In this document: positions 57,070 through 64,000 of the stretch, piece by piece
Layout: every line of letters begins with the position of its first letter
Numbering within the stretch: position 1 is the stretch's first letter
NCBI GenBank assembly: GCA_041299015.1
Contig: JBFYWB010000111.1
Coordinates: 47-64,046 of the forward strand
Origin: Deltaproteobacteria bacterium
Lineage (GTDB): Bacteria; Desulfobacterota; Desulfobacteria; Desulfobacterales; SG8-13
DNA: 64,000 nt
Direction: 5' to 3'
Notes under the pieces: model-generated
The model's input: the letters and a program-made list of their open reading frames with translations, nothing else
What the model was told of the DNA's origin: nothing
Database searches by the model: none
Program-made: the position numbers and the translations under genes

Positions 57070-57424
57070 CTTCGGTCTCCTTTGCGCCAAACGAGAAAGC
57101 GGCTTCGGGCGAATCGTATGGGAATCCTGAGCGGCTGTCAATCCGGACGGCTGACCCGCAAAGCCGTGCCGTCGAAACTTGCGCGCTTAGCACACAACGA
57201 CCCGTTCCTCAAGAACTATTGCCTAACGTTCCCGCCGGAAGAAGGGTGTTTTTTTCGTTGTGGTGCAGAAAAAAATCGGTTATTTTTAAGCTACCGTAAT
57301 CACGAGAATTCAACTTCGCGGCGGGTTCGCGGTAAAGTTTTGACGGCGCCGAAGGCTGTGGGCTTTTCAGTTATTTCCCGATTCGCAGCTGTCGGAGATG
57401 TCCGATCGGGTAGGTGACAGTGAC

Positions 57425-58612
57425 ATGCAAGGGATGTTTATCATCGACGGATTCCTGGCGGCCGGTGTGGCTGCCGGACTCAAAAAAAACGGCGGGAAGG
57501 ACCTGGGGCTGATTTTTTCGATTGTTCCGGCAGCCGCAGCCGGTGTTTTCACGTGCAACCGGGTTCAAGCAGCACCGGTTATCCTGGACCGCAAGAGAAT
57601 CGCGACCGGCAAAGGCCGCGCCATCGTCGTCAACAGCGGCAATGCCAACTGCTGCACCGGCGAGCGGGGGCTGCAGAGCGCCTTGGCCATGGCCAAAGCT
57701 GTCGCCGACGGACTCGGCCTCTCCGATGAGCAGGTGCTGGTTGCCTCCACCGGTGTGATCGGCGAACAACTACCGATCCAGAAAATCAAGACGGCCGTGC
57801 CGGCGCTCCTTGACTCTCTGAAGCCCGAGGGGCTCTCCGATCTTGCCGAGGCGATCATGACCACCGACACGGTGCCCAAGCTGGTTGCCGTGAAAGCTCG
57901 GCTCGACGGAAAAGACTTTCGCCTTGCGGCCGCCGCCAAGGGCGCCGGCATGATCCGGCCTGACATGGCGACCATGCTCTGCTTTGTCCTCAGCGATATC
58001 GATCTGCCGGCGACGGTCATGCAGACGATGCTCAAGACCGCCGTCGATCGGTCCTTCAACCGTATCACCGTGGACGGTGACACGAGCACCAACGATACCG
58101 TGCTGTTCCTGGCCAACGGGCTCTCCGGTGTAACGGCCGAGACGCCCGAAGCGCGGCAGGTGGTCCAGGGCGTGCTGGACGATGCCCTGCTGCAGCTGGC
58201 ACGCCTCTGCGTCAAGGACGGTGAGGGTGCCACCAAGCTGGTCGAGGTCCATGTGCGCGGGGCGCCCTCCGACCCGGAGGCCCGCAACGTGGCCGACACG
58301 GTGGCCAATTCCAGTTTGGTGAAAACCGCGCTTTTCGGCCAGGACGCCAACTGGGGAAGAATACTGGCGGCGGTCGGACGGGCGGGTGTTCCGCTTGATC
58401 CGGATCGGGTCGACATCTATTTTGACACCGTACTGATGGTAAAAGACGGGGTCGGCCGGGGGAAAGCGGTCGAAGCCTTGGCAACGAGCGTTCTCAAAAA
58501 ACCGGAGTTCGCGATAACGATCGACCTGAAAATGGCCAATGGAAATGCATCGGTCCTGACCTGTGACTTCTCGATCGATTATGTCAAAATCAATGCCGAT
58601 TACAGGAGCTGA
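57425..58612 (+). CDS. argJ: Bifunctional glutamate N-acetyltransferase / amino-acid acetyltransferase.
   Basis: GFLAAGVAAGLKKNGGKDLGLI, NSGNANCCTG, MATMLCFVLSD (autoproteolysis ATML site) and DGDTSTNDT. The start is at ATG 57425 or 57434. Confidence 0.92.
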   Translation: MQGMFIIDGFLAAGVAAGLKKNGGKDLGLIFSIVPAAAAGVFTCNRVQAAPVILDRKRIATGKGRAIVVNSGNANCCTGERGLQSALAMAKAVADGLGLSDEQVLVASTGVIGEQLPIQKIKTAVPALLDSLKPEGLSDLAEAIMTTDTVPKLVAVKARLDGKDFRLAAAAKGAGMIRPDMATMLCFVLSDIDLPATVMQTMLKTAVDRSFNRITVDGDTSTNDTVLFLANGLSGVTAETPEARQVVQGVLDDALLQLARLCVKDGEGATKLVEVHVRGAPSDPEARNVADTVANSSLVKTALFGQDANWGRILAAVGRAGVPLDPDRVDIYFDTVLMVKDGVGRGKAVEALATSVLKKPEFAITIDLKMANGNASVLTCDFSIDYVKINADYRS

Positions 58613-58676
58613 CCCGCCGGCGCTCCCGGAACGGCTCCCGGCATCATCACCGTGCGACCACGCTTTCTGACCGACA

Positions 58677-59384
58677 ATGCCCCTTATCCGCTTGCAGAAG
58701 TTCCTTTCGACTGCCGGTTTCTGTTCCCGCCGTCGGGGAGAAGAGTTGATTCGCCAGGGGCGCGTGAGCGTCAATGGTGAGACGGTCACCCAGCTGGGCA
58801 GCAAGGTCGCGCCGGACGCGGACCGGATCGCCGTGGACGGCTTTGAGATTTCGTGTCAGCCGCAAGCCGTTTATATCGCCTTGAACAAACCGGAGGGCTA
58901 TGTGACCAGTTGCGACCACCCCGGGGAGAAAACCGTTGTCGACCTGGTCGCCGTCGCGCAGCGCGTTTACCCGGTAGGGCGACTGGACAAGGATTCCTCC
59001 GGCCTGATTCTGCTGACCAATGATGGCCGACTCCACCACCGCCTGAGCCACCCGTCCTTCGACCATGAAAAGGAGTACGAGGTGACCGTCGCCAAGCCGA
59101 TGGCGATCCAAGCCCTTCACAGATTGGCCGCCGGACTGCCCTTGATGGGAACCCGCACCCGGCCGGCCGACGTGCGGAGGCTCTCCGATCGGCGCTTCAG
59201 GATCGTCCTGAAGGAAGGCCGAAACCGGCAGATTCGCCGAATGGTCAGCAAGGTGGGCAACCGGGTCGTCAAACTCAAGCGCATTCGGGTGGCCTCCATC
59301 CGCTTGGGTCGACTGGAGAAAGGCCGCTGGCGGCACCTCAGCGAAATTGAAATCAAAAGCCTGCATGAGCTGACAAAAGACTAA
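58677..59384 (+). CDS. rRNA pseudouridine synthase (RsuA/RluB family, S4 domain).
   Basis: MPLIRLQKFLSTAGFCSRRRGEELIRQGRVSVNG (S4), VGRLDKDSSGLILLTNDG (catalytic Asp) and NRQIRRM. Confidence 0.9.
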   Translation: MPLIRLQKFLSTAGFCSRRRGEELIRQGRVSVNGETVTQLGSKVAPDADRIAVDGFEISCQPQAVYIALNKPEGYVTSCDHPGEKTVVDLVAVAQRVYPVGRLDKDSSGLILLTNDGRLHHRLSHPSFDHEKEYEVTVAKPMAIQALHRLAAGLPLMGTRTRPADVRRLSDRRFRIVLKEGRNRQIRRMVSKVGNRVVKLKRIRVASIRLGRLEKGRWRHLSEIEIKSLHELTKD

Positions 59385-59418
59385 CGCAGCGCATCGAAAC
59401 AGAGGAGAGTTCAGAACC

Positions 59419-60729
59419 ATGCTGAATTTTGACGAGTTGGTTTCCCGGCGCGAGAAAATCGCCGTGGTCGGACTCGGTTATGTCGGTCTGCCCCTGGCGG
59501 TCCATTTGTCCAGACACTTCGATGTCGTCGGCTATGATGTGAAAACCGAGCGGATCAATGAACTGGCCGCCGCGCGGGACCGGACGCTCGAAGTTCCCAC
59601 GGCGGAGCTCAAAATGACGCGGATCGATTTTACCGTCGACCCCGAGAAACTCTCGCAGTGCAGATTGATCATCGTGGCGGTTCCAACCCCCATCGATCGT
59701 TACAGAATACCGGATCTGGGTCCGCTGCGCGGCGCCGCGACAATTGTCGGCGAGCACCTGGCCAGAGGCACCTGTGTGGTGTTCGAATCGACGGTTTATC
59801 CCGGCGTCACCGAAGAGGTGTGTGTTCCGATCATCGCAGAGCGCTCGGGGTACAGCTACGGCAGAGATTTTTCAGTAGGCTATTCTCCGGAACGTATCAA
59901 TCCGGGCGATCGGGTGCATACCATCGACAAGATCGTCAAAATCGTTGCGGGCTCGGACGAACAGGCCACCGATCTTCTCTCCAGGGTGTACGGCCGCATC
60001 GTTCCGGCCGGCATTCACCGAGCCTCTTCAATAAAAGTCGCCGAGGCCGCCAAGGTCATCGAAAATACTCAGCGCGACCTGAATATCGCGTTGATGAATG
60101 AATTGTCGATGATTTTCGATAAAATCGGCATTGATACCACCGAGGTTCTCGAGGCGGCGGGCACCAAGTGGAACTTTCTGCCCTTTCGTCCCGGCCTGGT
60201 CGGGGGGCATTGTATCGGGGTCGACCCCTATTACCTGACGGTAAAAGCCGAATCCTTGGGGTATCACCCCGAAATGATCCTGGCCGGCCGCAGAATCAAC
60301 GACGGGATGGGCAAATACGTGGCGGAGAAAGCGGTGAAAATGCTTATTTCGGCCGGCAAACCGGTCCAGGGGGCTGCTATCGCCATACTCGGTCTGACCT
60401 TCAAGGAGGATGTCCCCGATCTCCGGAACACCAGAGTGGTCGACATCATTGCCGAGCTCGCCGATTACGGTGTCCGGGTTATCGTTCACGACCCGCTCGC
60501 GGACCCCCAAGAGGCGCGACGCTATTACGGACTCGATTTACAGCAGCTGGATAACATCAACGGGGTCGACGCGGTGATCATCGCGGTTATTCACGCGGCA
60601 TACCGAAAAATGGGATTGCAAAAAATTGTGGCTCTTTGCAACGAAAAGACCCCGTTGATTTTGGACGTCAAAGGCGGATTCAGTGCGGGTGAGGCCGAAA
60701 ATAAACATATCGGATACTGGCGGCTTTGA
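59419..60729 (+). CDS. Nucleotide-sugar dehydrogenase (UDP-N-acetyl-hexosamine/UDP-glucose 6-dehydrogenase family, TviB/WbpO-like).
   Basis: KIAVVGLGYVGLPLA (Rossmann fold), the GGHCIGVDP catalytic Cys, and LGLTFKEDVPDLRNT. Confidence 0.88.
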   Translation: MLNFDELVSRREKIAVVGLGYVGLPLAVHLSRHFDVVGYDVKTERINELAAARDRTLEVPTAELKMTRIDFTVDPEKLSQCRLIIVAVPTPIDRYRIPDLGPLRGAATIVGEHLARGTCVVFESTVYPGVTEEVCVPIIAERSGYSYGRDFSVGYSPERINPGDRVHTIDKIVKIVAGSDEQATDLLSRVYGRIVPAGIHRASSIKVAEAAKVIENTQRDLNIALMNELSMIFDKIGIDTTEVLEAAGTKWNFLPFRPGLVGGHCIGVDPYYLTVKAESLGYHPEMILAGRRINDGMGKYVAEKAVKMLISAGKPVQGAAIAILGLTFKEDVPDLRNTRVVDIIAELADYGVRVIVHDPLADPQEARRYYGLDLQQLDNINGVDAVIIAVIHAAYRKMGLQKIVALCNEKTPLILDVKGGFSAGEAENKHIGYWRL

Positions 60730-60785
60730 GTTTTATGGTTGCACGGCGCATTTCTGCGCGCCAGTTCGACGTAACCCATGCGGAA

Positions 60786-60812
60786 GAAAAAAAGAGGCAA
60801 CGGAGTGTCGCC
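60786..60812 (-). terminator. Rho-independent terminator after the lytic transglycosylase gene.
   Basis: The minus-strand mRNA reads AGGCGAC-ACUCC-GUUGCCU (7 bp including one G-U pair), followed by a C and seven U residues (CUUUUUUU). Confidence 0.65.
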
Positions 60813-60824
60813 TGACTTCCGGCC

Positions 60825-62711
60825 TTAATCGATGTAGAGTTGCTGGCCCGGGAAAATTTTGCTGGTGCTGGAGAGTTGATTGATATCCAGCAGCCGGTTC
60901 AGGTTCATATTGTGCTGCTGTGCGATGGCAAAAGCGCTGTCTCCGTGCCGGACGCTGTAAACACGATAACTTTGGCCAGCCGACGGTTTCGTCGGGCGGC
61001 TCTGTTCGTTGCCGGGGAGTTTGAGAACCTGACCGATATAGAGTGTGGCGGAGTTAAGGTGATTGATTTCCTGAATTTTTGTGGTGGTTGTCCCGTAGCG
61101 TTTGGCGATATTCCACAGGTTGTCGCCGAGGGCCACCTTGTGGGTTTCCGCCACCAGCACCTTGGTGGTTGAAGTAAAGGCTTCCTGTTGACGGCGCCCA
61201 GTCGTGGGGATTTTCAGCAGACGACCGGCGACAATATAATGCGAGTGCCGCAGATTATTGGTCTGCATGATGGTGTTCACTGGGACGCGGTATTTCCCGG
61301 CAATGGACGACAGCGTTTCTCCGCGAAGCACGCGATGATAGACGACTGTGCGGGGGCTCGGCGGAGTGGATTCGGGTAGGCTGTCCAATTTAGCCGTCAG
61401 CGCCTCGGCGGTTCCGGCCGGCACCTTGAGAAGGTACTTGTCCGGCGGCACGATTTTATAGCGCAGCTCAGGATTGAGGGCCGACATCAGGTCTTCCGTA
61501 ACGCCGATGCCGAGAGCGACGTGTCTCAGATGGACCTGTTTGGTGATTTCAATCTCCTCGTATTCTACAGGGGAGTCGAGTTGAACATCGTTCAACCCGT
61601 AGCGGTCACTGTTCTCGATGATGTAAAGGGTCGCGAGAAACCGCGGCACGTAACGGGCCGTTTCGCGTGGCAGGCGTTCGTAAAGGTCCCAGAAGTTGTC
61701 GAGATAGTTGACATTCTGCTCCCTGATGACGCGCAGCACCCGATTTTCGCCGCAGTTGTAGGCGGCCAATACGGTGGTCCAGTCACCGAAGATCTGGTGC
61801 AGTTCCTTAAGGTAAGCGATCGCCCCGACGGTTGCCTTGTCGGGGTCCAGGCGCTCGTCGATGTATTTGTCCCGGCTGAGTCCGAATTTATAACCGGTCG
61901 ATGGAATGAACTGCCACAGACCGAGAGCCCGGGCTTTTGACAAGGCATTGACCTTGAACCCGCTTTCGATAAGCGGCAGCCAGGAAAGCTCGACGGGCAG
62001 GCCGGCCTCGTGCAGGGAGGCAACGATCTTGGGCCGATACCGGCCGGAACGCCGGTAAGATTCGATGAAAAAGTTGCGTTCAGACCCGGTGGTAAAACTG
62101 AGTATTTCCGCCTGGACATGGCGGTTGATCTCTATCGGGATCGCATTGTGATTTCCGCTGACGACAATGTTGCGGGACGCATAGATTTCGAGAATCCGCT
62201 TGGATATCAAAAATCGCAGGTCCTCTTTTTGTTGGACGAGCTTCGGGCGGTCGGACGTGTCCACATCGAGAATCAAGGCATAGGCTTGATCCAAAACTTC
62301 AAGGGCGTTATCCAATTCACCTTTTTGCCAGAACTCCTGCGACACGTCGCAATAGCTGAGGGCTTCGTCCAATACCTTCTGCACCGATTTCTCGGGTGCC
62401 GACAAATCCGGCGTGCCCGGATTGTCCGATTCCTCGACGGCCGTTTCTTTGTCGGTCAATTCTTCGAGTGCCGCAGCCGCGGTCTTTTCGTTCTGATTGC
62501 TTGAAGGTGCCGCTACACCGGTATCGGATTTCGAGAAGAAGCCGGGGCGTTTAGCGGCCGCCCCGCCGTCCGCCTGCTGCTGGACCGGATCTGATTGACC
62601 GTTGGAGGGACCGGAACGCGTATCCGAGCGAGACGAGGCACAACTGGTAAGGATCGATAATAAGAACAGGACGGCAACGACGAGGTGCAACTGAACTGAT
62701 TTTGATTTCAT
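60825..62711 (-). CDS. Membrane-bound lytic murein transglycosylase (MltD-like) lipoprotein with C-terminal LysM repeats.
   Basis: Start MKSKSVQLHLVVAVLFLLSILTSC (lipobox). The SLT domain has ESGFKVNALSKARALGLWQF and AAYNCG. Three LysM-like repeats follow (YHRVLRGETLSSIAGKY, HKVALGDNLWNIAKRY, YSVRHGDSAFAIAQQH). Confidence 0.9.
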   Translation of the reverse strand: MKSKSVQLHLVVAVLFLLSILTSCASSRSDTRSGPSNGQSDPVQQQADGGAAAKRPGFFSKSDTGVAAPSSNQNEKTAAAALEELTDKETAVEESDNPGTPDLSAPEKSVQKVLDEALSYCDVSQEFWQKGELDNALEVLDQAYALILDVDTSDRPKLVQQKEDLRFLISKRILEIYASRNIVVSGNHNAIPIEINRHVQAEILSFTTGSERNFFIESYRRSGRYRPKIVASLHEAGLPVELSWLPLIESGFKVNALSKARALGLWQFIPSTGYKFGLSRDKYIDERLDPDKATVGAIAYLKELHQIFGDWTTVLAAYNCGENRVLRVIREQNVNYLDNFWDLYERLPRETARYVPRFLATLYIIENSDRYGLNDVQLDSPVEYEEIEITKQVHLRHVALGIGVTEDLMSALNPELRYKIVPPDKYLLKVPAGTAEALTAKLDSLPESTPPSPRTVVYHRVLRGETLSSIAGKYRVPVNTIMQTNNLRHSHYIVAGRLLKIPTTGRRQQEAFTSTTKVLVAETHKVALGDNLWNIAKRYGTTTTKIQEINHLNSATLYIGQVLKLPGNEQSRPTKPSAGQSYRVYSVRHGDSAFAIAQQHNMNLNRLLDINQLSSTSKIFPGQQLYID

Positions 62712-62946
62712 AGCCCGAAGTCTTTTGGAGTCCGAAAATGGTATGGTTTGAAAACCAGTGAAATTAAAAGAATGCGCGTCGCTGGAACGATCCGTGACGC
62801 GCATTAGTCCAGATGTCCATGTGATAAGTATACCATACAAGTTTGAGTGATCAAATACCTTTTTACCGCTCGCTCGATGCCTTCTGCGCCGGCAGGGACG
62901 GTGCCGGTTGACTTTCCAAACGTTAACGCGTCAGGTCATTTTTTTG

Positions 62947-62975
62947 TTGACATAGATTTGAGCCTAAATTATACA
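62947..62975 (+). promoter_or_regulatory. Possible sigma-70 promoter in the AT-rich region upstream of the tRNA cluster.
   Basis: TTGACA-17 nt-TATACA. It lies about 315 nt upstream of the first tRNA, so its assignment to the tRNA operon is uncertain. Confidence 0.35.
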
Positions 62976-63289
62976 AAAAAGTTTTATCGAGGGCTAAAAA
63001 CGATCGGCCTTCTGGCTCCGTCCTTGTGGGCGAGAGGCATTTTTCAAGTCCGGCAACAAAATATCGTTGCAGAAAGCGGCTTTTGATTTAATTTCAATAT
63101 ATTAATTCAAAAAAGGAATTCATCTCGCTTAATTTGGCGTATGAAGTGCCATAAAATCAAAAATTATTGTTGATATTTAAAAAGAAAACGTTTAGGAAAG
63201 GAAGTTATTTTAATTCTGGGCTCGTGTCAGTAGCCTCTCTTGTATGTTTGACGACTTGACATTGCTATATCGCTGTTGTTGATTGCCGA

Positions 63290-63365
63290 GCCAGAGTAGC
63301 TCAGTCGGTAGAGCAGCTGATTTGTAATCAGCGGGTCGCGGGTTCGACTCCTGTCTCTGGCTCCA
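63290..63365 (+). tRNA. tRNA-Thr (anticodon UGU).
   Basis: Acceptor GCCAGAG/CTCTGGC, D-arm TAGCTCAGTCGGTAGAGC, anticodon loop TTTGTAA, T-loop GGTTCGACTCC, encoded CCA. Confidence 0.95.
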
Positions 63366-63376
63366 GTCATGATCGA

Positions 63377-63461
63377 GGTGGGGTTCCCGAGCGGCCAAAG
63401 GGAACAGACTGTAAATCTGTCGGCGAAGCCTTCGGAGGTTCGAATCCTCCCCCCACCACCA
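63377..63461 (+). tRNA. tRNA-Tyr (anticodon GUA).
   Basis: Acceptor GGTGGGG/CCCCACC, anticodon loop CTGTAAA, long variable arm, T-arm GGAGGTTCGAATCCTCC, encoded CCA. Confidence 0.95.
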
Positions 63462-63631
63462 ACCTTAATGCAAGTTGGATGTAGGAGATTTCGATTCCGC
63501 AATCGAAGTCGTTAACAAACTACACGGCTTCCCGCATCGGTTTCACGCGCAAGCCTTTTTGGAGGCTAAGTAAGTCACCATTTCCGTTGTGCGTTGGGGC
63601 GATATGGACCTAACGGTGATTGGATTATCGG

Positions 63632-63707
63632 GCGGGCGTAGCTCAGTTGGTAGAGCTTCAGCCTTCCAAGCTGAATGTCGCGAGTTCGAATCTCGTCGCC
63701 CGCTCCA
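63632..63707 (+). tRNA. tRNA-Gly (anticodon UCC).
   Basis: Acceptor GCGGGCG/CGCCCGC, anticodon loop CTTCCAA, T-loop GTTCGAATC, encoded CCA. Confidence 0.95.
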
Positions 63708-63771
63708 CCCCGACAAGCCGGCAATCCGAGAGAACCGCCGACAGCGAAGCATGTCGCGGCGCGCCCTTCGA

Positions 63772-63848
63772 GCCCACGTAGCTCAGTAGGTAGAGCGCTT
63801 CCTTGGTAAGGAAGAGGTTCACCGGTTCGATTCCGGTCGTGGGCTCCA
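63772..63848 (+). tRNA. tRNA-Thr (anticodon GGU).
   Basis: Acceptor GCCCACG/CGTGGGC, anticodon loop TTGGTAA, T-arm CCGGTTCGATTCCGG, encoded CCA. Confidence 0.95.
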
Positions 63849-63971
63849 TACCATTCTTATTTTAGGTTTCAGGGTGTAAGAGTCCTTTAAGGATTGCCTT
63901 CGCTGACCAAGATGGGACTATTTTGCCAATCCAGAGTGTTTTGAATACCAAAATCAGGGGAGGACCAAGAG

Positions 63972-64000
63972 ATGGCGAAGCAGAAGTTTGAGCGCACCAA
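63972..64000 (+). CDS. tuf: Elongation factor Tu, first 9 codons (runs off the window).
   Basis: ATGGCGAAGCAGAAGTTTGAGCGCACC translates to MAKQKFERT, preceded by a GGGGAGG RBS. Its position after the Thr-Tyr-Gly-Thr tRNA cluster matches the tufB arrangement. Confidence 0.85.

Noticed and set aside
57090-57200. A GC-rich stretch with CCGGA-containing repeats upstream of the small selenoprotein gene, considered as SRP (4.5S) RNA.
   Set aside because: It lacks the GGAA tetraloop and symmetric-loop consensus (GUCAGGUCCGGAAGGAAGCAGC). It is more likely a 5' UTR or divergent promoter region.

Overview
This is a 64 kb GC-rich chromosomal segment, about 57% GC by eye. Its gene content looks like a Desulfobacterota (deltaproteobacterial, sulfate-reducer-like) genome: a cobA/hemD fusion with hemC, selA, an FmdB zinc ribbon, a PxxKW Cys-rich protein, pyruvoyl arginine decarboxylase with a deoxyhypusine-synthase-like gene and agmatinase, and many c-di-GMP/c-di-AMP signalling proteins. 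Most of the window is densely packed housekeeping:
- Glycolysis: pgi-gpmA-pyk, fba and pfk.
- Cofactors: moaA, pdxJ and nnr.
- tRNA/rRNA modification: tsaE, truA, a pseudouridine synthase and ybeY.
- Amino acid, nucleotide and cell-wall genes: lysC, argJ, pyrF and an MltD-like lytic transglycosylase.
- Transport: an RND efflux pair and an MscK-like channel.
- The right edge has the classic tRNA-Thr/Tyr/Gly/Thr cluster followed by the start of tuf.

Accessory DNA is limited to a truncated IS91-family element with its companion tyrosine recombinase at the left edge, and a roughly 1 kb patch of mobile-element gene scars upstream of pgi.

The main hunt result is two genes hidden from stop-to-stop ORF calling by in-frame TGA codons, which I interpret as selenocysteine:
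- A peroxiredoxin-like protein with a U-x-x-C motif (9107..9646, minus strand).
- A 60-codon dual-CxxC zinc-ribbon protein just upstream of truA (56887..57069, minus strand), with a strong SECIS-like hairpin 14 nt after the TGA.
- selA is in the same window, which supports Sec decoding in this organism.

Other points worth a second look:
- A canonical A_AAA_AAA -1 slippery heptamer, in the correct phase, at the frame break of the IS-associated integrase.
- A ClC chloride-channel gene that has lost its selectivity-filter region and is frameshifted.
- A CheD-HDOD fusion protein.
- A degenerate-GGDEF/TPR protein.
- A sigma-28-type promoter in front of two small orphan genes.
- A structured spacer inside the polyamine operon.

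I found no CRISPR array, no rRNA, and no convincing multi-gene novel system such as a defence island. All homology statements come from reading the translated sequences by eye, not from database searches.
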